Below, piece by piece: positions 10,371-18,440 of a DNA stretch of 36,313 bases. Position numbers and translations under genes: made by a program. Under the pieces are notes generated by a model, which saw only the letters and a list, made by a program, of their open reading frames with translations, did not search any database and had not been told where the DNA came from. This stretch comes from a virus. Lineage: Duplodnaviria; Caudoviricetes. Every line of letters starts with the position of its first letter. The first letter of the stretch is position 1. The stretch covers positions 1 through 36,313 of IMG/VR virus record IMGVR_UViG_3300037408_000776; one strand, given 5' to 3'.

Positions 10371-10428
10371 AAAAAAGTGGGGCCGGGCAGCCCGAGGAGG
10401 AGAGAAGGAAAACACTGCCCGACCCCAC
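10371..10428 (-). terminator. Intrinsic terminator with unusually large pyrimidine-rich loop
   Basis: Minus strand GTGGGGTCGGGCAG - 24-nt loop - CTGCCCGGCCCCAC followed by TTTTTT, 15 nt after the stop of the 382-aa gene. Confidence 0.75.
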
Positions 10429-10443
10429 CACGCACCAGTTTCC

Positions 10444-11592
10444 TCAGACCACGTTCCAGTTCGAGTTGCCCGCCGTCGTGCAGACGTAGAGCACCTTGCT
10501 CGTGGTATCCAGGCAGAACTCGCCCAGCACGCCGGTCACGACGGTGTTGGGGTTGCCCGCGTTAAACTGCATCGAGCGCACGCCATCGCTGTCGACGACC
10601 AGACCGCCCTTGGCCGCCGTCGCCGCCACCTCCAGCTCGACGCCGGACGCGCCGGTGACGATACCGTGCGTGCCATCCGTGAGGACGCTCAGTTCCTTGT
10701 TCGGCGAGGTGCCGATCAGGGTCAAGCCGGGGTTGGTGCCGTACAGGTCGATCTCGATGGAGTCCGAATTGATCGTGATGCCGTCGCCCTTGCCAACGGC
10801 CAGGGTGTTGCCCGACTTGGTGAGACCGGCGCCAGCGGTGATGAGCCCTGTGCCCGTGAACTGGACCCAGGCGGTGCCGTTGTAGGTCCAGCCGGTGTCG
10901 GACCAGATGCCGCCGTTGCCGTTGACGAAGGCCGCCCATCCATCGGCGGGTGCCTCGAAGCTCCAGGTGTTGGCCGTGGCGTCGTAGGTCGCAACCTTGT
11001 TGGCCTGGCCTGCGAACGAACCTGCCGCGCCAGAAGCCTTCACGACGACGCGTGTACCATCCGCTGGCTCACCGGCCGTCGCAGTCTGGATCACGACCCA
11101 TGCCGACCCACTCCACTCGACGATGTCGCCGTCGCCAGTTTCTGTGAGCCAGTTGTTCACGACGTAGCAGTCTCCTGCCACCATGCCCGTGGGGTCGGCA
11201 CCGCTCATGTCGGAGTCATCAACCATGTTGAGCACGAGAACGGGCGGCTTCCACATGAGGCCCGCCGCCACGCTGTCCACGTACTGCTTGGTCGCGGCGT
11301 CGTCGGGGAGCGTCGGCGCACCCAGGTTCGTGATGGTGATCGCCCCGGCATCGGCACCGGCGGTGAGCACCTCGCTCAGGGTCGGAGTGGCCGCCTCCAG
11401 CGCTACCCATGCCGTGCCGTCCCAGACCTTGAGCAGGTCATCGGTGGTGTCCCAGTAGGTGACGCCCAGGCCCAGGCTCGCGCCCAGGGTTCCCCAGCCC
11501 AGGGTGGACTGGAAGAACGTGGTTGCAGCGGCTGCGTCCACATGATCGCCGATGAAGTTGTGATACCGATACGGACTGGTGAATCCTGCCAT
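10444..11592 (-). CDS. Virion fibre/structural protein (382 aa)
   Basis: RBS AAAGGAG. Motifs DAATKQYVD..AAGL.WK.PV and ITAGAGLTKSGNTL are common in phage fibre/structural proteins. N-terminus resembles the 1636-aa fibre, C-terminus resembles the 518-aa protein. Confidence 0.75.
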   Translation of the reverse strand: MAGFTSPYRYHNFIGDHVDAAAATTFFQSTLGWGTLGASLGLGVTYWDTTDDLLKVWDGTAWVALEAATPTLSEVLTAGADAGAITITNLGAPTLPDDAATKQYVDSVAAGLMWKPPVLVLNMVDDSDMSGADPTGMVAGDCYVVNNWLTETGDGDIVEWSGSAWVVIQTATAGEPADGTRVVVKASGAAGSFAGQANKVATYDATANTWSFEAPADGWAAFVNGNGGIWSDTGWTYNGTAWVQFTGTGLITAGAGLTKSGNTLAVGKGDGITINSDSIEIDLYGTNPGLTLIGTSPNKELSVLTDGTHGIVTGASGVELEVAATAAKGGLVVDSDGVRSMQFNAGNPNTVVTGVLGEFCLDTTSKVLYVCTTAGNSNWNVV

Positions 11593-11610
11593 GTGCGCAC
11601 TCCTTTGTTG

Positions 11611-11627
11611 CCTGGCGACATGCCAGG
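11611..11627 (-). other. Small intergenic hairpin upstream of the RBS of the 382-aa gene
   Basis: CCTGGC-N5-GCCAGG next to a short AT-rich stretch (gttaaaacttta). Confidence 0.4.
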
Positions 11628-11644
11628 ACAGTTAAAACTTTACG

Positions 11645-13201
11645 CTACTGTACGATCCATCCAGTGCTACCGTCTATATTGATCCAAAATACACCCACCC
11701 CGGTCTGGTAGTAGGATTGCCCCAGGATCCCCGTCACGACCCCGTTCGGGTTGATCACCCCGCTCAGGGCGCTAATGGCGTCGAAGACGTGCGTGCCCCC
11801 CAGGTTGTCCGTCCACGTGCCCGACCCCGCGATGACCTGGAACTTGCCCCGCGAACTCAGCGGGTTGCCCGTGTAGCGCAGGTGCACCGTCGCGCCCAAC
11901 TGCGCGCACGTGATGCTGTGGACGAACCGCGCGGCCCCCACCGCGATCTGGGCCACCGCCCCCTCGTTCTGGACCAGGATCGGCACCGGGGCTCCACTTG
12001 TGTTCGCGCCCACCTTGAACGTGGCGATCCACCCGTCGTCCGCCACCGCCGCGAACCCCGTGGAATCCACCGTGAACGTCACGGGGGCCACCGAGGTCGA
12101 CCCGTGGTAACTCTCCAGCAGGGCGCGAACCTGGGTTCGCGTCACCGTCATGTCCACGCTGCTCAGGTACGTGTCGCCCTCGCACTGCAACCGGAACGGT
12201 GTCACCGCCGCCGGATCGCGGACCAACGTCAGCGCGCCACCCACCGTCTTCGCGCCCACCAGCGCGTCGTCCATCAGCAGGCCGCTGCCCACCGTCACCG
12301 GGAAGCTGAAGTCGAACGCCTTGCCGCTCACCGCGTCGGACCACAACCCCGTCGCCGAGGTCACGATCCACGCGATCTCCGCGATGCCCAGCGCCGTCAA
12401 GTCCTTCGCCGTCACCGTGAGGCGCACCGGGGCCGGTCCAGCCGTCAGTGCCCGCAGGTCCGGCACCAGGGGTGCCCCCACCGTCGACTGCGGCCACAGC
12501 AGGCCGTTAGACCCGCCTGCCGCTACGATGGTGGTCGTGTTCGGCCCCGCCACCACCGTGTACTGCATACCGTCCGTCGGATCGGTCGGAAGCGTCACCG
12601 TCACGGTCCCGCCCGGATTGTACGTCTCGAAGTATTGGCCGTTCTGGGCCTCGGCCAGCACCGTGTCGCTGACCAATGTCAGGAAAGGAGCAGGGTCGAG
12701 CCCGCCCCCGGGTCCGCTCCCGCCGGGGAAGTCGAACAGCACCATGGCTGTGCCCAGCGGCAGCCGCGCCCCGTTGTACCAGCGGATCGCGTAGTCGTCC
12801 CCGACCACGCCGAAGGCCACAATCGACGGATCGATGGGCGTGGAGCCGTCATACAACTGCCAGTCCACCTGCTGCGGTCCCACCGCACCCGGCTGGAGAC
12901 TGGCCCCCACGATGGCGCCAGGGATGAGCGTCAGATCGGTCGGACCAACGCTGATCTGAGTGTGCAAAGTCCGCGACACGAACACCGCCGCCGCGTTCTG
13001 CGAGAAGACCTTCGTGCCGGGGTCGATGATCGTCGCACTGGGCAGCGACCGGGCCAGCAGCGTGATGTGCTCCAGGATGCCGAAGACGCAGGCGTCCACG
13101 CCGTGCGCGAACGACCCGAACATCTGCTGCCACTTCTGCCAGTCGGCGTTCCATGGCGGGATCGGCCACTGGAATCGTCCGGTCACATTGCTATTCGCCA
13201 T
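11645..13201 (-). CDS. Putative fibre anchor / baseplate-peripheral protein (518 aa), paralogue of 16373..18433
   Basis: Shares P.WNADWQKWQQ.F..FA.GVD, FVSRTL, GAVGPQ, GVVGDDY.I.WYNGARL, AQNGQYF and GTWTD.LGG.H with the 686-aa ORF; RBS AGGAG. Confidence 0.75.
   Translation of the reverse strand: MANSNVTGRFQWPIPPWNADWQKWQQMFGSFAHGVDACVFGILEHITLLARSLPSATIIDPGTKVFSQNAAAVFVSRTLHTQISVGPTDLTLIPGAIVGASLQPGAVGPQQVDWQLYDGSTPIDPSIVAFGVVGDDYAIRWYNGARLPLGTAMVLFDFPGGSGPGGGLDPAPFLTLVSDTVLAEAQNGQYFETYNPGGTVTVTLPTDPTDGMQYTVVAGPNTTTIVAAGGSNGLLWPQSTVGAPLVPDLRALTAGPAPVRLTVTAKDLTALGIAEIAWIVTSATGLWSDAVSGKAFDFSFPVTVGSGLLMDDALVGAKTVGGALTLVRDPAAVTPFRLQCEGDTYLSSVDMTVTRTQVRALLESYHGSTSVAPVTFTVDSTGFAAVADDGWIATFKVGANTSGAPVPILVQNEGAVAQIAVGAARFVHSITCAQLGATVHLRYTGNPLSSRGKFQVIAGSGTWTDNLGGTHVFDAISALSGVINPNGVVTGILGQSYYQTGVGVFWINIDGSTGWIVQ
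12125..12140. repeat. Dispersed palindrome copy 2 (inside a CDS)
   Basis: GCGAACCTGGGTTCGC, within the codons for TRTQVR of the 518-aa gene. Confidence 0.85.
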
Positions 13202-13252
13202 GCTGTTCTCCTACTCCGCCAAGCGTACCGGATCGATGCGCCAGATGCACCA

Positions 13253-13429
13253 TCAGGATGGCACTCCCACCTCCACTTTCAGCACGCCGCCGTATCCACC
13301 CGCCGACAGCGCCACCGTCTCCGTCACGATCTGCGGCTGCACCGGATCGTAGGGTTCCGCCGAGATCACCACGTCATCCACCGGCAACTCGTCCATCCCC
13401 GCCACCATGTAGCTCGTCCGCGTCGCCAT
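13253..13429 (-). CDS. Small hypothetical protein (58 aa, MATRTSYMVAGMDELPVDDVVISAEPYDP...)
   Basis: Fills the gap between two operon genes, GAGGT upstream, GC-rich third positions; below the ORF-track length cut-off. Confidence 0.6.
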   Translation of the reverse strand: MATRTSYMVAGMDELPVDDVVISAEPYDPVQPQIVTETVALSAGGYGGVLKVEVGVPS

Positions 13430-13438
13430 CGCCGCACC

Positions 13439-14380
13439 TCACAACGTCAGATCCGTGCCGTCGTTCCCGAAGGCCATGTTGCCCACTACCACCTGCCCCT
13501 TGCTGCCATCGCCGGGGAAGGTGTCGCCCGTCACCAGCGTGGCGTTGTTGTGCGTCCACCACTGGTCCGGCACAAAGCCCAGCAGGCCCGGCGTCGTCGC
13601 CTGGTTGCTCACCAGCCACATCGGCGACACCGGCCAGTTGCCCCCGTAGTCGCCCGAGGCCCCCGCCACACCTGCCGTCGTGAGTGCTCGCGTGGCTCCG
13701 ATCATGATCGTCCCTAGCCCGAACGTCGCCCGCTGCCCGTTCACGATCCCCGTCGACCAGAACTCCGTATCGGCGTCATGATCGCCATGCACGCACGTCC
13801 CGTAGTTCACCATCGACAAGTTCGGCTTGAGCCACCAGTCCTTGGCATCGCTCGGCCGCACGAACCACCACACCCCGCGCACCGTGGTCGGTCCCAGCAC
13901 GATCTTGGTCGCGCTGTAGTCGCTGCTCGTCCAGATGTTCGCCGATGGCGCAGTGCCACTGGAGTAGCTCGTCCAGTAATTCGTGTTGACGTTGAGCTGC
14001 GCCTCGTCGGCCGCCGTGGGCCGTGCCGTGGTTCCGCCTCCGGTAAAGCCCGTCCCGTCAACGGACACGTAGAAGTACGCCTGCCGCACAGTCGTGCTCC
14101 CGCAGTCGATGCAGAGCTGATACCCCGAACAAATCGCGCTGTTCGCCAGCACGATCCACGAGTGCGGACTGCCGGGCACCGCGTTCACGATGTCGCTACT
14201 GCTGGACCAGTAGTCCGCCGCGCCATGCGTCGTGCCGTTGCTCGACCGCACCACGCTCCATCCGCGCGTCAGCAGGTGGTTCTTGATGGCCACCAGCAAC
14301 GCCCGATTGGCGGTATTGTTGTCTGCTCCCGTCGCCGTGATGCGCGTCTTGCTCCAGGCCAGGATGTTGACCATCTCCAT
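13439..14380 (-). CDS. Putative virion protein, tandem paralogue 3 of 3 (313 aa)
   Basis: Motifs GWSVVRSSNG, ADYW, HSWIVL.N, CID, TTARPTA, PGLLG shared with the two upstream genes; start abuts upstream TAA. Confidence 0.8.
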   Translation of the reverse strand: MEMVNILAWSKTRITATGADNNTANRALLVAIKNHLLTRGWSVVRSSNGTTHGAADYWSSSSDIVNAVPGSPHSWIVLANSAICSGYQLCIDCGSTTVRQAYFYVSVDGTGFTGGGTTARPTAADEAQLNVNTNYWTSYSSGTAPSANIWTSSDYSATKIVLGPTTVRGVWWFVRPSDAKDWWLKPNLSMVNYGTCVHGDHDADTEFWSTGIVNGQRATFGLGTIMIGATRALTTAGVAGASGDYGGNWPVSPMWLVSNQATTPGLLGFVPDQWWTHNNATLVTGDTFPGDGSKGQVVVGNMAFGNDGTDLTL

Positions 14381-15409
14381 TTAGAACAGCCCTCCCTCGC
14401 CCGTATCGCCGTAGGCCCACGCGCCCCAGTTGAACATGCCGATCTCGCTATCGACCGTGGGCAGGTAGATGAGCGGGCAACACCCCATGGTGCCGATATT
14501 CAGGATGTCGATAGCGTTATCCCCGAAGTTGCTGGGCAACCAGTACAGGTCGTACAACTCGCCGAGGAACCCTGGAACGCTCGTATTCTGTGACACCACG
14601 TACACCGGATAGATCGGGCACGCCCCCGTGTCCGCGCGACAGATGCGCCCGATGGGGTTGAGCCCGAAGGCGGAGGTCGCCCCAATACAACCGAACGTCA
14701 CCTTGATCGTTGTCGTGTGGTAGCAGCGAGCAATCCCGCCCGTGGAATGGCAGAAGTTAACGTACTGCGGAAAGTTGTTCGCCGTCGTCCGAAACGCATA
14801 GTCACCCGCCCCCGAGCGCGGATCGGCGATGGCCACGTATGGATAAGTAAACCACGCAGGAGCATTCTTGATCTTCTCGAAGTGCCAGACGCCACAGCAC
14901 CCACCCGTACTGGTCGTGTTCGTGAAGATCACCCGCGTACACTGCCCGTCGGTCGACGTGAGTACGAGCACTTTCCAGGTGTTGGCGGGACTGGACGAGT
15001 ACACCTGCTTGTCTGCAACGATCACCTCACTCCCCACTGCCGTGGGGCGCGTCGTCACCGTGCCATCGGCGTTGAACCCCTGATGCGTGCAATACACCGA
15101 TGCCTGTGTCAACGCCGCGTTGAAGTTGATGCATACCTCGAAATTGTTACCCGGAAACATCTCCGTATTGCGCAACACGATCCACGAATGCGCCACACCA
15201 TCCGCCGCCGCCACGATACTCGTGTACGCGGTCCAATAATCCGCCGCCCCCGCTGTGACCCCGTTGCTCGACTGCGTCACCGTCCAATGACCCGACGCCA
15301 CCATGAGATCCTTCATCTTGATCATGGCCAAAGCGAACTGGTACGAAGCGACATAGACCGTCTCGCCCCGCCACCGCTGCCATGTCTTTACCAACGTGAT
15401 CTGCGCCAT
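14381..15409 (-). CDS. Putative virion protein, tandem paralogue 2 of 3 (about 342 aa, MAQITLVKTW)
   Basis: TAATG stop/start overlap at 15407-15411; ITL.K.W N-terminus matches paralogue 1; same motifs. Confidence 0.8.
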   Translation of the reverse strand: MAQITLVKTWQRWRGETVYVASYQFALAMIKMKDLMVASGHWTVTQSSNGVTAGAADYWTAYTSIVAAADGVAHSWIVLRNTEMFPGNNFEVCINFNAALTQASVYCTHQGFNADGTVTTRPTAVGSEVIVADKQVYSSSPANTWKVLVLTSTDGQCTRVIFTNTTSTGGCCGVWHFEKIKNAPAWFTYPYVAIADPRSGAGDYAFRTTANNFPQYVNFCHSTGGIARCYHTTTIKVTFGCIGATSAFGLNPIGRICRADTGACPIYPVYVVSQNTSVPGFLGELYDLYWLPSNFGDNAIDILNIGTMGCCPLIYLPTVDSEIGMFNWGAWAYGDTGEGGLF

Positions 15410-16365
15410 TACACCACCATCGGCCCATACGGGCATCCCAGCGCCAACGCTCCGGCCTTCATGAGTCCCCGCGCATTTGTCGTCGTCTTGTAACGCATCC
15501 CCGGGGGATGATACGGGCTGATCGGGTAGGCGTCGTACATGATGCCCAGCACCCCCGGATAGGCCGCGTTGTCCGACAGGAAGTACATCGGCGGCATCGA
15601 CAACTTGCCGTCATAGGCATACCCAAATGAATACAGCCCACTCCGCGTCGGCCAACCTGCGACCCCTATCGTTCCCAATAGGATGTTCACTGCGGTACTG
15701 CCGATCACGGTCTTCATCGTCCCTACACCACTCGTCGTGAGATTCGCATAGGTCAAACCGTCAGAGACAGTTTCAAACCGACCGACAACAAACGGTGTGG
15801 GCCACCAACTCGCCGCCTGTTTCGGCTTCTCAAAGAGAAACGCCTGTCCGATGTACCCCGACTGCGCGCTGTCTCCGATTTCCCCTCCATTGGTCACGAT
15901 CACGCGATAGTTCTGCTTATCCGTCGTGTAGAGCACCTTGAACACGTTAGACGGCAAGTTGATCGACCCAAAAAAACTCTGGTTCCACAGCATCGCCGTA
16001 CCCAGTGCCGTCGGCCTCACCGTCGTCGATCCGTCCGCGTTGTACCCCGCTGCGCACGCCTCAAACCGCACGTAGTTCCAATACGCATAGTTGCAGTCGA
16101 TGCAGAACGCGAATCCCGGCATGAAATCACTATTCGTCAGCACGATCCACGCATGCGCGCCCGTCCCCCACACCACCTTGGACTGGTCCGTCCACAGGTC
16201 ACTGGCCGATACCGATACGCCATCGCAGGACCGGAACACGCTCCACCCCGTCGCCACGAGCACCTGCTTGAGCTGCAACGTCTGGATCCGCGCAAACGTC
16301 GACGCATCACCCTGCTCGGGAGAGATGCTCGTGTGGCACAGCCACTCCTTGTCCAACGTGATCAT
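15409..16365 (-). CDS. Putative virion protein, tandem paralogue 1 of 3 (318 aa)
   Basis: RBS GAGGA; motifs GWSVFRSCDG, DLW, HAWIVLTN, CIDCN, GYNADGSTTVRPTA, PGVLG. Confidence 0.8.
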   Translation of the reverse strand: MITLDKEWLCHTSISPEQGDASTFARIQTLQLKQVLVATGWSVFRSCDGVSVSASDLWTDQSKVVWGTGAHAWIVLTNSDFMPGFAFCIDCNYAYWNYVRFEACAAGYNADGSTTVRPTALGTAMLWNQSFFGSINLPSNVFKVLYTTDKQNYRVIVTNGGEIGDSAQSGYIGQAFLFEKPKQAASWWPTPFVVGRFETVSDGLTYANLTTSGVGTMKTVIGSTAVNILLGTIGVAGWPTRSGLYSFGYAYDGKLSMPPMYFLSDNAAYPGVLGIMYDAYPISPYHPPGMRYKTTTNARGLMKAGALALGCPYGPMVV

Positions 16366-16372
16366 GCTGTCC

Positions 16373-18433
16373 TCATCGGCGGAACACCGCCCACTGGATC
16401 GTCGTGCTCGTCTGCCCCGTCACCGTCACCCGGAAGGTGCGGTCGGGCGTGTTGAGGGCCACCGCGATGTCCCAGTCGTCGGTCCCGCCGCTGGAATCCG
16501 ACTGGTCCACCACCGCGTATGCGGGCGAGGCCACCGACACCCAACTGGGCGTCCCGCCAATCGACACCTGCACGACTGCCGTGATGGTCCACACCTTGGA
16601 CCGATTCCCCACGTTGTCGCGCGCCATCGCCGTGAGCTGGAACGCCGTCGTGGATCCCTCCGGCATGACGTACCGATCCGAGGGCACGCCCCCGACGAAG
16701 ATCTCCGTGGGCGTATCGTTGCTCGTCTGGCCGCTCCACGCCACCGCGCCCGCGCTCAAGTACGCCTGGTTGATACCGTCGATCAACGACGAGCACGGGA
16801 AGATAAAGTCCCTCGCTCCCACACTCGATAATGGCACCGCATCTGGCGGCCCCTCGACCCCCGCATAGCTCCCGTCGGCCAGCTCCAGTTCGCCCTCGGC
16901 CTTCACCCGCTGCGGTCCCGTGCCCTCCAGCAAGAGGGCTGGCGCTCCCGCCTGGCCGTTGTTGATCGTGACCGGATCGCCGCCGATGGGAATGGCGATG
17001 CTCGACCCACCGTCATAGGCGTCCTGGAGCGATCCTGCACCGCCCCCGCCGCCCGTAAGCTGATGGATGCCGCCGAGATCGTCTGTCCACGTGCCGCGCC
17101 CGCCCGTCACGATGAAGTGCCCGCGCCCGAGTCCCCACGGCGCCCACCGCAATCGCACGTATCCGCCCACGTCCGCGCAGGTGATGCTGTTCACATAGCG
17201 CGACCCCTCGATGCAGATGTCGTACACCAACGGCGGGGTCTTCACCGTCATGGGCACGATGTCCAGCGCCGCATCGATCCCCACCTGGAACTCGCACTCC
17301 CAGCCGTCGTCGTTCACGAACGCGAACCCGTCCAGCGTGCACACCACCGGACTGGTGCCCGTCGCGTCATTGCGCCCGCTCTCGATCAGATACCAGATGT
17401 AGCCCGGCCCGATGTCCTGCGCGGCCCCGCCCGGCAACTGCATGTTCGCCGCCCGGCGCACGCCGTAGACGTCCTTGCCGAGGCGCACGATCCCGGTCCC
17501 GTCCACCCCGAGCAACTCCCCGTCTGCGTTCAGGGGAAAGCTCACCGGCGCATTGAAATTGAAGTTGAACGTGTTGGTCGGATCGGACACGTCCGCGATC
17601 TGGCCGATGCCCGATGTCGCGATCCATCCCATGACCCCAGGCATGAGCGGAGCCATGTCCTTGCACGTCAACGTGACGACGCTGTTGGAGGACATGGAGA
17701 GGCCCAAGACGCCGCCCGACAATACCCCCGGCCCCAGGATCGGATTCGTCCCTCCACCGTTAATCGTGATCCCGCCGCCGACCACGACAAACGTGAACTG
17801 CATGCCTGCCGTGGGGCTCGCGGGCAACGTGATGTCCCCGTTGCCGAATGGCGTCCCCACGCAGAAGAAATACTGGCCGTTCTGGGCCGCCGTCAGCAGC
17901 GTGGGCACGAACACCCAGTCGAACGGCGCCGGGCTCAGGCCACCCCCGCCACCCGTCCCCGGGAACGCGAACAGGGTTATCGGCGTCCCCGGCACGAGCC
18001 GCGCGCCGTTGTACCAGGTGATGCTGTAGTCGTCGCCCACCACACCGAGCACGACCAGGTCAGCGTCCACCTCCGTGTTGGTGATCCGCAGCTCCCACTC
18101 GATGCTCTGCGGACCGACCGCCCCAGACTGGAGGTGCGCGCACACCAGCGCACGCGGCACCAGCGTCAGCGGGTTCGGCCCCACCGCGACCTCCACCTGG
18201 AGGGTGCGCGAGACGAACTGCGCCGGGCCGCTTTGCGAGAAGACGTCGCCCGTGATCGAGACGGTCGGCAGCACGCGCGGGATCAGCGTGGCGTGCTCCA
18301 ACAGCGAGAACAGCGTGGAATCCACGCCCCGGGCGAAGGTTTCAAAGACCTGCTGCCACTTCTGCCAGTCCGCGTTCCACGTCGGGACCGGCAGCAGGAA
18401 GCGCGGCGTATGCAGCGTGTTCGTCGTCGTCAT
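16373..18433 (-). CDS. Putative fibre anchor / baseplate-peripheral protein (686 aa)
   Basis: Directly follows baseplate J; first ~460 aa paralogous to the 518-aa gene; Gly linkers separate domains; SLQDAYDGG motif; distinct beta-rich C-terminal domain. Confidence 0.75.
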   Translation of the reverse strand: MTTTNTLHTPRFLLPVPTWNADWQKWQQVFETFARGVDSTLFSLLEHATLIPRVLPTVSITGDVFSQSGPAQFVSRTLQVEVAVGPNPLTLVPRALVCAHLQSGAVGPQSIEWELRITNTEVDADLVVLGVVGDDYSITWYNGARLVPGTPITLFAFPGTGGGGGLSPAPFDWVFVPTLLTAAQNGQYFFCVGTPFGNGDITLPASPTAGMQFTFVVVGGGITINGGGTNPILGPGVLSGGVLGLSMSSNSVVTLTCKDMAPLMPGVMGWIATSGIGQIADVSDPTNTFNFNFNAPVSFPLNADGELLGVDGTGIVRLGKDVYGVRRAANMQLPGGAAQDIGPGYIWYLIESGRNDATGTSPVVCTLDGFAFVNDDGWECEFQVGIDAALDIVPMTVKTPPLVYDICIEGSRYVNSITCADVGGYVRLRWAPWGLGRGHFIVTGGRGTWTDDLGGIHQLTGGGGGAGSLQDAYDGGSSIAIPIGGDPVTINNGQAGAPALLLEGTGPQRVKAEGELELADGSYAGVEGPPDAVPLSSVGARDFIFPCSSLIDGINQAYLSAGAVAWSGQTSNDTPTEIFVGGVPSDRYVMPEGSTTAFQLTAMARDNVGNRSKVWTITAVVQVSIGGTPSWVSVASPAYAVVDQSDSSGGTDDWDIAVALNTPDRTFRVTVTGQTSTTIQWAVFRR

Positions 18434-18440
18434 GGCGCTC

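Noticed and set aside
1-16365. Diversity-generating retroelement or invertase shufflon acting on the fibres
   Set aside because: No reverse transcriptase or recombinase in the window, no repeat pair differing only at adenines seen, and all modules are in the same orientation.
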